A stretch of DNA of 51,035 bases. Origin: Prasinococcaceae sp. CCMP 1430 (Eukaryota; Plantae; Prasinodermophyta). The position numbers were made by a program, and so were the translations under genes. The stretch is from contig RQSC01000626.1 of the NCBI GenBank assembly GCA_013416795.1, forward strand, positions 52,506-103,540. The letters are read 5' to 3'. Below are positions 23,256-35,400 of the stretch, one piece after another (the first letter of the stretch is position 1; every line of letters starts with the position of its first letter). The notes beneath the pieces were generated by a model, which saw only the letters and a list, made by a program, of their open reading frames with translations, was not told the origin of the DNA and searched no databases.

Positions 23256-24569
23256 ATGGCCGTGGGTGACAGCGATTTCAGCTCGGAGCTGCTCAAGGTG
23301 TACTACTCGCGGCTCTTCCCGCACGACGCCTTCTTCGAGTGGCTGAGCTATGGGCACGGCTCACCTGCGGTGGGCGCTGAGCGCCTGGGCGCATACATGT
23401 GCAAACGCGAGATATCCTTCACGCTCGAGGATGACGTGTACGTGCGCTACCAGAGCTACAAGAGCGCCGACGAGCTGCGCAAGGGCATCACGAACCGCGT
23501 CCCGCACAAGATCGACATCGGGCCGATGTACTCGGCCGACCCGCAGCGTCGGGCGGCCTATGCGGGCGGCGCGTTCCACCCCGTCGAACGCGAGTTCGTG
23601 ATCGACGTCGATCTCACGGACTACAATGACGTCTATCCCGAGGTTGACCCTCCCAAGCCGCAGAAGTTCCAGTTCCCCATCATGCAGAAGTACTGGCCGC
23701 TGATGGCCGCGGCCGTGAAAGTGATCGACGAGGCGCTGCGGGAGGACTTCGGCTTCTCGGAGATCCTGTGGGTCTTCTCGGGGCGCCGCGGCGTCCACTG
23801 CTGGGTGTGCGACGCGCGTGCGCGCACGCTCACAGACGAACAGCGGTCCGCCGTCGCCGAGTACTTCAACGTCTTCAAGGGCTCCAAGCAGGCAGGCCCC
23901 GACGGCGAGGGCGTCACGCGCTCGAATGTGTCGTCGCCGCTGCACCCGGCGCTTGAACGCGCCAAGGCAGCCATCGAGCCCATCTGGCGCGAGCAAGTGC
24001 TCGCGACCATCCCGGTGTTTGAGGGCGAGGACGCCGTGCGCCGCGCGCTCGCGCTCATTCCGAACGGCGACCTACGCGCGGAGGTTGGTCAGAGCTGGGC
24101 GCACGGCAGGGGCGCCACTGCGGGGGACCACGCGACCATTTCGCAGTCCCGCTGGGCGGAGCTCGTGCGCCTGCACGCGCGCGCGGCCAAGACGGCGCGC
24201 GGCCCGGGCTCGTGGGCGCTGCGCAAGTGCGTCGATGAGATCCTGTTCACGTACATGTACCCGCGCATCGACCTCGAGGTGTCCAAGAAGATGAACCATC
24301 TGCTCAAGAGCCCCTTCTGCGTGCATCCCAAGACCTCGCGCGTGTGTGTGCCCTTCGATGGCTCCAACCCGGAGTCGTTCGCGCCCATCGAGGTGCCAAC
24401 GCTCGGGCAGCTCGTCAACGAGCTCGACAGCTCAGACGGAAAGAGAACCGCCATGGACGACGCGGTGGACACTTTCAGGAAGACGTTCCTAAACAGCGGC
24501 AGCAGGAACTGGAGGGCACAGGCGGAGAGTGCGGGTCGCGCCGCTGGAGGCAAAGACATGACGTGGTAG
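23256..24569 (+). CDS. PRIM1: DNA primase small (catalytic) subunit
   Basis: LLKVYYSRLFP, REISFTL, KIDIG, EREFVIDVDLTDY, WVFSGRRGVHCWVCD, YPRIDLEVSKKMNHLLKSPFCVHPKT. The first in-frame ATG is 23256; the frame stays open further upstream. Confidence 0.97.
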   Translation: MAVGDSDFSSELLKVYYSRLFPHDAFFEWLSYGHGSPAVGAERLGAYMCKREISFTLEDDVYVRYQSYKSADELRKGITNRVPHKIDIGPMYSADPQRRAAYAGGAFHPVEREFVIDVDLTDYNDVYPEVDPPKPQKFQFPIMQKYWPLMAAAVKVIDEALREDFGFSEILWVFSGRRGVHCWVCDARARTLTDEQRSAVAEYFNVFKGSKQAGPDGEGVTRSNVSSPLHPALERAKAAIEPIWREQVLATIPVFEGEDAVRRALALIPNGDLRAEVGQSWAHGRGATAGDHATISQSRWAELVRLHARAAKTARGPGSWALRKCVDEILFTYMYPRIDLEVSKKMNHLLKSPFCVHPKTSRVCVPFDGSNPESFAPIEVPTLGQLVNELDSSDGKRTAMDDAVDTFRKTFLNSGSRNWRAQAESAGRAAGGKDMTW

Positions 24570-25790
24570 GGCGCGCGCCCGACCGACCGAGCGCCCGGGG
24601 CGAGGGCGAGTGCTCACCACCCACGTCGCACGGCGCACTGTACCTTAACAATACCCGCATCGCTCGTATGACGCCACCCACCGACCCCTCGCGCGCGAGC
24701 TCGCGCCCACATGCGTCCACAGCGCGGCGACCAGTCTCGGGGACGTCAATCGCATCCTCCGATCCCCGAAAACAGGGTTCATACACATGATCAAAATGCA
24801 ATACATATCGACGTTTAAGCGTCACATCTATGTTCAGGTTCAGACAAGACCGTAAATATTGCGCGCCGCCGTTTTTTCTTTGCTTTCTTTCCTTCGGCGT
24901 CGGCGGCGGGTGCATTTTGATGGTGGAAACGGCGTGCGTTTTGGCGGGGCGGACCTCTAGGGCGCGCCGCCGCGCGCCACAGCGCATGCGTGCCAGGCGG
25001 CGCCGCCACAGTGGCGGGGCGCAGGTCTGCTTGGGAGGTGCCGGCCGCACGGCCGCGAGGCATGAGGCGGGAGGTGAGCTTGGTGGTGGGATGGTAGGGG
25101 CGTGGCCGGCCTGCCGTGCGCGACGGCAGCGGCGGCGGCGGCGGCGCCTCGCGACCGGCGTGGGCGAAGGCGGGAACGTACGTGGCGCGACGAGCGCAGC
25201 GAGCGAGAGGCGCCTCGCACCCACTTCGCGTGCCCACCTCACCATCCAGCCCGCCGCGACACGCAGTGATTACACCGCTTATATAGATAGTACTGAAAAT
25301 TCTGAGTCGGCCACTGGCCGGGTGCAGACACAACAGCATGTGGTTTCTATGACGCGTTGTACGCGGCACTGGCCGTGGACGGCACCGCGTGCCAAGTGTG
25401 AGGCGCAGGTGCTGACAGCGCTCGCTCATCGACGCGCGCGCCCGCCTAGCCGCCACCCCACAGGTCACCCGCACACGGCATCCCACGGTTGCCAGAACGG
25501 CGTCTTGCAGACGCCATCGCCGCATCAGACCTTAGTGGGGTGCACGCGCAGCTGCGCTCGTACTTCCTTGACATTTGAGAGGGTAGGGAGGTGGCATGGT
25601 GCCTCGGGCGTGAGCGCGAGCGCGCCTGCGCGCAGTGCGTGACGCTGAAGTGGATTGAATGATGTCGTGGGCGCGGTTGCCCTCACTGTCTTTGTGTGTG
25701 TGTGCACGCCCCGCTCGAGGTGGGTGGCGTGGTCTGCGGCGCGAACCCCTCCGTAGAGCAAGCACGCCGTCCAGCTGCAGCCGCGCATCT

Positions 25791-25845
25791 TGGGTTAGGG
25801 TTAGGAATAAGGTTACAATACTGTATGTACACTTCAGGGTTTACA
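25791..25845. promoter_or_regulatory. Telomere-like motifs (GGGTTAGGGTTAGG; TTCAGGGTTTA) upstream of the GlcNAc-kinase-like gene
   Basis: GGGTTAGGGTTAGG (telomere-type repeat units), plus the reverse complement of AAACCCTGAA. Confidence 0.5.
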
Positions 25846-25983
25846 AATGAAGCGCACTGCGAAGGCAGCCTGTGCGGCTGGCGGGTGCGGGGCCTGCGCA
25901 CACGCCGCGCGTGTGGCGCGGCGGCGCGGGGAGGCGTTGGGGTGGGGGTTGCGTGGGTGGCGAGGCGCAGCGCGGGCGCGCGG

Positions 25984-27708
25984 ATGGCGCCGATTCGCGT
26001 GTACGTCGGAGTCGACGGCGGCGGGACCAAGGTGCGCGGCGCGCCGCGCGTCCGCTGTCGCGCGCGGAAAGCGCTCGAGGCCGGCGTTTGAGCTGTGCGC
26101 GCGAGAGGGAGAGAGCGAGCGTTGCGCGCACTCCTGCGTGCAACGCGCGTGCCTGAGCGCGGCGGATTGGCGGCGCATCTGACGCTCCGCCCCGCCCCTC
26201 GGCGTCCCCTAGACTGCCGCCGCCGCCCTCGTTTCACCTGGCCTGCTGCTCTACCCCTCGGCTCCGCGCGGCAGCTCAAATCCAAACGCAGTCGGCGAGG
26301 CCGCCGCGCGGGAGGCGCTCGCGGGCGCAGTGCGGGATGCCATAGAATTAGCCAGGGCTAACGCCGTCTATGCGGGGAGCATCGCGCCTGGCGACGTGCA
26401 CATAGCTGGTGTGTGCTTGTGCCTGTCGGGCTGCGACTCGCCCGCAGATGTCGCAAGGACGGAGGGGTGGATCGCGGAGGACCTCCCCGAGCTCAAGGTG
26501 TGTGAAGCGCAGCGCACACGCGCGCTCGAGGATGCGAGGCTTCGGGGCGCTTTCGGGCGCACGAGCAGGCGCCTTCGGTGACATTGGGCGCTCGTATGCG
26601 TGCGCATGCACGCGCTGACGACCGCCCCCACCCGTGCGCGCCGCTGCGTGCGTGTAGGAGCACGGCGTGAACGTGACCATTCATAACGATGCCGTCGCGG
26701 CACTTGCGGCGGGCACCGGGGGCGCTCTCGCGGGGCTCGTGCTCATTGCTGGCACGGGTACCATCGCCCTCGGTTACGCGCCAGATGGCTCGGGGCGACG
26801 CGCTCGCGCTGCGGGCTGGGGCCCAACACTCGGTGATCGGGGGAGCGGGTGCGTGCCATGCCGGCGTATGGGCGCGTCTGGAGCAAACACACACTCGCGC
26901 ATCGCTGACTCGCGCGTGACCGCCCGCTCGCGCTTTCGTGCACTCGCTCCCGCGCGCGCACACGCGTGCGTGGCATGATGGGGACGCCTCCCCTCACCCC
27001 CGCCGTGCGTGTGCAGGTATGACATCGGAGCGTCGACGCTGAGCGCCGTCTGCCGAGCGGCCGACGGCCGCGGTAGCGCGACGTCGCTCACAGGCGCTGT
27101 GCTGCGCCACCTTGGCCTGCCCGCCGAGCGCGACCTCATTGGTTTCGCGTACGGCACGGAAGGATGGGCACACGTGGCGGCGCTCGCGCCGCTCTGCTTT
27201 GCCGCTGCCAAGGAGGGTGACGCGTCCGCTAAGGAGATCTGCGACGCTGCCGCGGACGAGCTCGCGGCGTCGGTGCTCGCCGTGGCCAGGGCGCTGGGGC
27301 TAACAGGAGAGCAGGACACGATGTGCGTACGCGCTCATCCGCCGCCTCCTTTGGCGCTGGCAGCGCCGCGTGCGCGCGCGAGCGGATGCACGCGTAGGCG
27401 CAGGCAGGCCTTGTCGGCTGACGCACCCCGCGGCGCCGCACCCGCCTGCGCAACACCCATCCGCCCACACGCGCGCTCCCAACAGCGACGCAAAGGGGGG
27501 ATTCCCGCTGGTGATGTCCGGCGGCGTGCTCAGCGAGGGCGGCGAAATCGCGCCGCGCCTGATCGCGCGCCTGGCTGCCTCGCTGCCCGCGGCCCGCGCC
27601 GTGTGGGCGAGCGACACCCCCGCGGCCGGCGCCGCACGGCTCGCGCAGCGCCTCGCGGAGTCCGAAGGCAGCGCGGCCGCCGCCGCGGCCGACAAGGGCC
27701 TCCTGTAG
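25984..27708 (+). CDS. N-acetylglucosamine kinase-like protein (BadF/BadG/BcrA/BcrD ATPase family)
   Basis: Exons 25984-26031, 26213-26497, 26658-26848, 27017-27322, 27486-27708 (1053 nt). Motifs: GVDGGGTK, GSSNPN, NDAVAAL, LIAGTGTI, GWGPTLGDRGSGY, LVMSGGVL. Confidence 0.88.
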
Positions 27709-28822
27709 CGAAGAACAGTTGCCACCTGCAAGCAAGGCGGGGTGCATCACGGGACCTGGGTAGAGGAGGGTCGTGTGCGTGGAGGGTGTGTGTGAGGGGA
27801 TAGGGAAAACGCGCCTGTCATGGGGGCGTACGTAGGTGCCCTCCTCAGCCGCGCCCTCGAGGAGCGGGGCGCGCCCCCCACCCCGCACCCGTGCTCGTTC
27901 GGGGCCGCGCCGAAGTGGCACCAGCGCACCGCCGCCGGGGTGCCGCAGACCCACGCGCCGATGACTTCGTCTCAACATCATAATCACACACGGGAGACTC
28001 ACCCTTGGGGAGTGCGCGACCACAAAAGGTTCCCCCACTCGCGTATGAACCTGCGCCCGGTCTTTTCGAACAGGACAGTCAGGGGGGAAAAGAGTCGAAT
28101 CAATTTCAATCAAAGAGGGCGTGGCCTTTAAAGGGAAGCCCACACAGAGGTTCTTCCAAGCACCGGGGATCCGCCTGTGTCTGCCGCCCTTTTTGGGACA
28201 GATAGGACCTTCAAATCCGTATCAAAGCGAGGTTCTTCCCGGAAGTCCGCCCCGGTCTGCCGTCGTCGTATACGACCCCCATTACACGGGCGCACATGCC
28301 CCTTCGTCCCGCGCGCGGGTGTTACGCTGCGCGCGCGCGTTGCCGGTCCTTGGTGGCGCGCCGGCGGGCGCGGCGCGCCCACGCTCGCGCCCGCGCCCTC
28401 GCGAGCGACAGCGCGCGTCGCCCGAGCGCGCGGCCGTCGCCAGCCTGGCGACAAATAGGGTCGATTAGGGTCTAATATAAACGTCAAATTACATTGAACT
28501 TCCGACCGGTACGCGCGGAATTTGGTTTGGGTTGGGCGCGGCCCGCGCGCGCCGCGCGTTCCGAGAAGAAATTTTACAAATGCGATAGACACGACGCCGC
28601 GCGCGCCCCCCGTTCGACTTTTGGGTAGGGTTTGATGTGTATGATTAAAAATCATCTTATTGTGGCGCGCGTTGGTTCAGGTTTGACCACGCGCGCGCGC
28701 TGAACGAGGGGGCGGCGCGCTCGCGCGCGCGCGCGCCCCACACCGCGCGCGGCTGCGGCGACGCCGCACGACGGCGGCCGCGGCCGGCGGCGGGGCCGAG
28801 CAGCCTGCCGAGGGCGCCCGCG

Positions 28823-30457
28823 ATGACGAGGCGCCCGTAGGCAAGCTGCGCCGCGGTCGCAGCCACAGCCCGGTCCGCAGAGAGGCGGACGGTGGTCAGG
28901 TGCGTGGCGTTCTCGCGGGTGGTCGTGTCCCGCGGCCCCGTGCGCGCGCGCATTCTTAAGCGCGCAAACTGTGGTGGGGCGCGCGGGAAACGGAGCGAAG
29001 CGCCGGCGCGTGCTGACTACGCGCCGTCCGCGCGCGCGGCTCGCGCCATCTCCGCTGCGCAGGAGCGCCAGGCTCGGGAACGCGTCAAGGCACGCACGTA
29101 CTCCCCGCGCCGACAGTCCGCGGGCTCGTTCGACCCCGCCGCTCAGGCCGCTGAGGTGGCTGTTGAAGCCCACCAGCAGAAGGAGCAGATGAAGACGATC
29201 GGCCTGCTCTTCTCGAGCTACTGCGCCGTCTACTTCTCCCGCAAACCGCTCTCGGTGGTCAAGTCGGCCATGCAGGATGGCGCGGGCGTGAGCACGGCGA
29301 CGCTCGGCGCCCTCGACACGGCCTTCCTGGCGTCGTACGCGGTGGGGCAGCTGGTCCTGCCGAGCTTGGGCGACCGATTCGGGACGAAGCGCATCTTGGT
29401 CGCCAGCCTCGCACTTACCGGAGCGTGCGCGCTCGCGTTCGGCCAGTTGCACGCCGCGTGGGCCATGGTGCTCGTGTGGTCGCTGTGCGGCCTGGCGCAG
29501 AGCACCGCCTACCCTCTGCACGTCTCCGCTCTGTCGCCGTGGTTCCCATCGAACCGGCGCGGGATGGCCCTCGGCGTGTGGGCTACGTCGCAGCAGGCTG
29601 GCGGCGTCCTCAGCACCGCCTGCGCGGCTCTCCTCATGGGCGCGCTGGGATGGAGGGCGGCCCTATCGCTGCCCGCGCTGGTGACTCTCGCCGCTGCCGT
29701 CGCTCTGGTGGTGTGGCACACCGAACGCCCAGAGAGCGCCGGCTGCCGGTCCTACGGCGCCTCCAAGCGCGCGGCGCCTCCTGCGGGCTCAACTGCCGAG
29801 GACGGCGCAGGCGCATCTGGGGCGCAGGTCTCAATGCGCGAGGTGCTGGCCATACCCCGCATGAAGGCGCTGATGGCCTCCTACTTCTGCGTCAAGATCA
29901 TCCGCTACACGCTGGTGTTCTGGCTCCCATTCTTCCTCGCAAAGCAGTGCGGCTTCACCACGGCGTCCGCTGGCTACATGTCGTGCGCGTTCGACCTTGG
30001 TGGTATCGCCGGCGGCCTGGCCACGGGCTTCCTCTGCGACAAGTTCTTCCCCAAGCGCCGCACTGAGCTCGGTGCGATCATGTGCGCCGGTCTGGCCGCC
30101 GTGACCGCCGTCTACCTGCCCTTGAGCTCGATGGGCACGGTGCTGAATCTCGTGGGCATGACAATCATCGGCTTCCTCGTGGCCGGGCCTGACGCCCTCC
30201 TGGGCTCGGCCGCTGTCGCTGACGCGTGCGAAGAATCTGGGTACGGCCAGGACGTACTCTCTACCGCCGGTGGCCTCGTGAACGGCGCCGGCAGCGTGGG
30301 CGCGGTCCTTCAGGGCGCGCTCACCGCGTGGGTCGCCCAGACCTACGGATGGGGCGCGCTCTTCGCGTGCCTCAGCCTGCTTTCAGTCGCCAGCGTTGGG
30401 TGCCTCCTGGCTGCCACGCCTCCCAGGCAGCAGCCCTCTCTCCGGATCGCGCATTGA
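28823..30457 (+). CDS. MFS organophosphate:Pi antiporter (SLC37/GlpT-like sugar-phosphate transporter); start uncertain
   Basis: Main exon 29063-30457 encodes about 12 TM helices (YFSRKPLSVVK, LGDRFG, PWFPSNRRGMALGVW, FDLGGIAGG, GLVNGAGSVG). An upstream exon ends at 28899 (intron 28900-29062, CTGAC branch). The first in-frame ATG is 29189; the ATG at 28823 is one base out of frame. Confidence 0.88.
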
Positions 30458-31019
30458 TCCTTCCCGTACTTTTGGCGTGTCCGCAGCACGGGCACGCGCG
30501 CCATCTCATAGACTTCGCGCGCTTCGCCACGCCCATTTTGCGTGGCGCTCTGCGCGTCTTAATAAGACATGTACGCCACCCCGGTAGCCACCTTCTTGGC
30601 GCCGGCTTTTATTCTCTATGCACTGTGCCCGCGCTGATCGCCGCAGCAGAGCACAGCGCGCAAGCAGCGCCTCGTGAAAGGGACCAGTGGCGCAGCTGGC
30701 CGAGTAGTGCCCCTGAGGGCGACGACACAGAAGATGACGCGGGGACCACGGCCCACCCACCCCTCGACCCCAGCACGCGCGGCGGCGGACACGCGCTACG
30801 GAAGGGTAGAGTATTTAGTATTTACAGCCCGCACCAGGCGGCGCGCCTCGCGAGGCGATCGCCGCCATCGGAGCTCCCCGCGCGCGCGCGCCTCCCTCCC
30901 GGCGAGAGGGGAGTCGCGCCCGCCGGTTCGTCGCTCAGCAAAAGCAGCGCAGGGGGCGAGCCCCGGCGCCGCAACCAACGAAGCGAGTGCGGAGCACCCG
31001 CTCGTCGCCAGGAGCCAGC

Positions 31020-31593
31020 TTACTGGCCCTCGGCGGCCTTGAGGATGTCCGAGTCACCCACGTCGGTGATGCTCAGGCAGCTGCAGCGGTAGAGGCGGCC
31101 GCACGCGGTGCCGAGCTCGACGTTGTTGCCCGGGTAGTGCACCACGGCGGTCTTGGAGAGCATGGAGTAGTACTCGATCTCGGACTTGCGGAGCGGCGGC
31201 GCGTTGTTGCAGATGATGACCATCTTCGACTTGCCCGAGCGCAGGCTCTTCAGCACGGTCTTGTAGCCGAGCGTGTACTTGCCCGACTTGACGACGAGCT
31301 TGAGGCGGTTGTTGAGCGACTCGCCCGCCTTCTTCTGCTCGCGAGCGGCCGCGACAGGGGGCGAGGGGACAGGCACGGTCGTCAGTATGGAGCGCTTGGC
31401 AGAGCGGGAGCGCACGTGGCGAGCGGGCGCGCGAGGCGGCGGGCGGCGCGCGCGCCCACAGGGTATGCGGCGGCCGGGGGCGGGTGCCCGCGCGCACCAA
31501 GCCGGCCTGNCCCCGCCGGCGCGCGCCTTCCCCTCCTCACACCTCCCGTCGCGCGGCGCGACGGACCTGCTTCTTGCTGACGGCGGGGGCCAT
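31020..31593 (-). CDS. RPL30: 60S ribosomal protein L30 (eL30)
   Basis: Exons 31593-31567 (MAPAVSKKQ) and 31334-31020. [48 protein letters not shown] on the minus strand at 30822-30826. Confidence 0.98.
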
Positions 31594-32176
31594 GGCTGCA
31601 GCGGCGGCTGCGGCGTGCGCGCGGTGTGGCGCGCGCGCGCGCGCCCCACCGCCGGTGGGCCTGCCCCGCGCACACACACATCACGCACACACAGCCTTCT
31701 TTTCGGTTTCGGGGAGCGCGAAATCCGCGCCGTCCGCACCCGCCGCGATGGCCGGGGGAAAAAAACGCCGCGCGCGCCCGCGCGCGCGAAACCGCGGTTC
31801 GCCGGCGGCTGGCCGGGCGCGCGGCGCGCGGCGCGCGCACTCGATCTGACGGAAGCCATCAAAACGAACGGAGTGCGCGTCATGCCGTAAGAACAAGGAG
31901 CTCGGACGGCCCCGTACGAGCGGACCTCGAACCCACATCACATCGCACGCCGCATCGCGGGACACGACGTGCGCTCATCTGTAGGGTCGTATTCCGGATG
32001 GATCGGAATGAATCCGGCGTTCGCAGGAATGATGACCCGGGGTGACGAACACCGAAACGCACAAGACCGGGTCTGCAGCGGGGGCGCGGCGGGGCAGCGC
32101 AGCGCGCAGCGCAGGAACAAACGGAACGGCGCGTTTGGGCTCAGCCGGGGCGCGGACGGGCGGGCGGATCGGCGGG

Positions 32177-32226
32177 CGGATCGCCGCCGATCCGGCTCGG
32201 GCCCGAGCCGGCTCGGCGGCGATCCG
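32177..32226. repeat. 50-nt near-perfect palindrome (25-bp arms, one mismatch, no loop)
   Basis: CGGATCGCCGCCGATCCGGCTCGGG|CCCGAGCCGGCTCGGCGGCGATCCG, checked base by base. Confidence 0.9.
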
Positions 32227-32406
32227 GCCCCGCTTGACAATTCGGTTTTCGGGCGGGCGGTGGCAGAGGCGGTGCGNTCCGCGGCGGACGAACGCGGCGG
32301 CGGGTCGGTGCGGGGGCCACCCGGCGGCGGGGCGGCGCTGCTGCCTCCGCTCGCGCCGCCGCTGCTACCGGCTTCAAGCGTGGCGCTGGCGCTCTCCACC
32401 CGTCCG

Positions 32407-35400
32407 ATGCGCCTTCCCGCGTACGCCCGCGCCTACGTGACCTACCAGCCGACGGGGGACCTCGCCGAGCAGATGCTCTCGCTGCGCTCCATGATCGCAT
32501 GCGCGCGCGCGCTGCGCCGCACGCTCGTACTGCCGCACGTGCGGCTGCCGCGAGGGGGTGTGTGGGGCGCGCGCGGCGCGGCTGCGGAGGATGGCTACGA
32601 ACACGTGCCTTTCGACAGCGTCTTCGACGCGCACGCGCTGCGCGACGCGGCGGGCGGCCACATCGAGCTGATTGACGACTACATCGCGGCGTCTGGTGCG
32701 CCGCCCACGCGCGTCATGTGGGAGCACGGGCGGGACCCGAGCGCGGGGCTCACGTACTTTGAGGAGCAGCTCGGGTGGACAGGGCTGGGCGCCCACAAGG
32801 TCAGGCTTGAGCGCGAGCGCGCGAGCGCCGCGGACCCACAAGGGACGCGCACCACGCGCGCGCGAGCTGACGCGCACGCGAGCTGACTCGCACTGGCGTG
32901 CGGCCGCCGCGCAGGTGGGCGGCAACCGCCCGAGTCTGAGCAGCGTGGACATCGTCCACACGTACGGCCCCGCGCAAGACACGCTGCTCGCCTTCAGCGG
33001 AGCCTCGCAGCTGTTTGGCTCCTTCGCGAAGGAGAGGGAGAACGAACTGTATCAGGCCAAGTGGCTGCGAGCGCTGCAGCCCGCGGAGGGGCTCGCGCGC
33101 GCGCTCGGTGCCGCGCTGGGGCGCGCGCAGACTCAGGCAGAGCAGCCAGCGCGCACCCTCGGCGTGAGCATCGAGCTCGACCCTCAGACGCTCGCGCGCT
33201 GCGTGCTGTCGTCCGACGGCACTGCGCTCGCGCCAGACGCCGCCAGGCGCGCGGAAGAGCTGCGCAGGGAGCTAGGAAGGGGCTACCTGTGCGCGGTCTC
33301 GCCCCCGCGAGTCGTGCGCGAGGCGGTCGAGGCGCTGCTTGCGCTCGACGGTGGAGGGGGGGACCTGGACAGTGGCGAGGGCTCGAGCCTCAGCGTGTAC
33401 GTCGCGTCGGACGGCGCTGCTGCGGCATCGTACGACGACGTAGCGCGCGCCGTGAGTGATGCAGCACAGCGCGTCGCTACGAGCGCGAGGCCTGCGGACG
33501 GCGGTGACACCGACGTTGGCGCGAGCGCGCGCGTGCCCCCCTCGCGCGTGTCCGTTTCGCGTGGTTCAGACTTCTTGCCCCTACTACCCAAGCCTGCGTA
33601 CCTGGCTGCGCTCGACCTGCTTGTGCTCGCGCGCACAGACTACAGCGCCGGAAGTCGCTTCGCGCCGCTCGTGCGGCTCGTGCAGGAAGCGAGGCATTAC
33701 GTGCCGACAGGCGACGCGAACAGAGCCAGCGGTGGCACTGCAGGCTCTCCAAACTCCAGGAGCGGCGTGGCGGCAACGCAATACTGGATGTCCCCCGACG
33801 CTGGCGACGCGGCCCGCGCGCACTTTTCGCCGCCGCTCACTTTCGAGAGGCTCGCGGAGATGGAGGGCAGTGGCTTGGGTCGTGCGATAGCAGACAGAGG
33901 GAGCGCAAAGCAGGCGAGCTGGCTCGCAGACCTGTTGGAGGAAGGCAGCGGCATTGTTCCGGCGCAGCGAGAGGGCCGGGACGTAGGGATCGTCACTGCG
34001 TGCATGGATCGCAACGACCTGCTCGTGCGCGTGCTGCCGTCATGGCTCGCGCTGGAGGGTGTGGGGGAAGTGGTCATAGTTGACTGGTCGAGCAAGGAGA
34101 GCGTACAGAAAGCGCTCGCCGAGGAGTACGCGGAGCGCGGGGGGCTCGACCCCCGCATACGCGTAGTCACTGTCCCCTCTCAGGAGCGATGGGTGCTGAG
34201 CTACGCTCTCAACCTTGGCGTCGACCACATGCGTTCCCGTCGTGTGCTCAAGCTGGACTGCGACACCATCGCGCGCCCTGGCCTGGTGTCGCGTCACCCG
34301 GACGCGCCCCACGCTTTCTACACAGGCAGCTGGCAGCAGGCACGCACTGAGAATGAGTTGCATCTCAATGGCATCATGCTCGTGCGCAGGCAGGACTACT
34401 TGGACGTCGGGGGATTCAATGAGCACGTCGTGACGTATGGCTACGACGACACGGACCTCTACCTGAGGCTTGAGGCGCACCTCACCAAGTTGAGGGGCGC
34501 CCAATCGGGCGCGCGGACCGAGGGCGCGGACAGCCCCAGCCCCGGCGATTGGACTCCCGTGGGTGTACACAACTCGCTGCGGCTCGAGCAGCTCGAGCAC
34601 ATGCAGCACGGCAATGCTCGTCGCCAGCGGAGTTCTGAGGAGTCCCAGATTCCCATCAACGCGCGCATACAGCTGAACCGCCTGCTCATCGACCGCACGC
34701 CCAAGTGGGGGCGCGACAGCGAGCGATGCGCGTGGGAGTGCGAGCAGGGCGAGGCTGGGGGCGACCACCAGCGGTGCACGCTCGCGTCGGCGCCGCCGAC
34801 TTTGGAGGAGCTCGTGCCCAAGACAGTGCGCCAGGCGGACAGATCCAAGGCGTTGGATTCGTGGAGGAGGTCGCTCGACGGCAAGATGGCGAGCGGCGAC
34901 GTCAAGGGCCTCTTCGGCATTCAGGGGGACCAGCACCAGCGCGTTTCGGAGGACGCCAAGGTGGCCCTGCTCGGGCTCGCGGGCGCCGTGCGCACGTTCC
35001 CCACGCCGATGCTGCTGGTCCATGTGCGCGGCACGCTGAGCATGCGCCTGCTTCACCTGGCGCACGGCGTGCTCCTCGCACGGCGCGCGGGCCGCCGCCT
35101 GGGGATACTATGGAAGTTCGACCCGTCGGTGTGCGCGTGCTCCTTCGACAACATCTTCGCGTTCGAGGCGGCAGTGCTCACGGAGATGCTGCCGCCCTTC
35201 ATGCACGGCGGCATCGGCGCCGGCCCGCTCGTGGACTGCGAGGCCCACGCGGGCGCCGGCGCTCAGCAGGCCACCACGGGCGTCGTCGTCGACGGCGTTG
35301 ACGCGCCCCTCTCGTGCCTGAGTGGAGGCGGCAAGAGCGGAGAGAGGGAGGACGTGCCGGTGGCCTCTGTCGTGTCGAGCAGCAGGCACGTGTACCTCCG

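Noticed and set aside
24475-24800. Protein-looking minus-strand stretch (HFDHVYEPCFRGSEDAIDVPETG...)
   Set aside because: It is antisense to the PRIM1 3'UTR, has low GC3 and no recognisable domain.
25791-25806. CTAACCCTAAC on the minus strand as a telomerase RNA template
   Set aside because: No recognisable Pol III promoter or terminator arrangement, and similar motifs recur in many promoters. A telo-box is the simpler reading.
30680-30720. A-box-like TGGCGCAGCTGG; also a B-box-like GGTTCGACC at ~41700
   Set aside because: No partner box at tRNA spacing and no cloverleaf could be folded.
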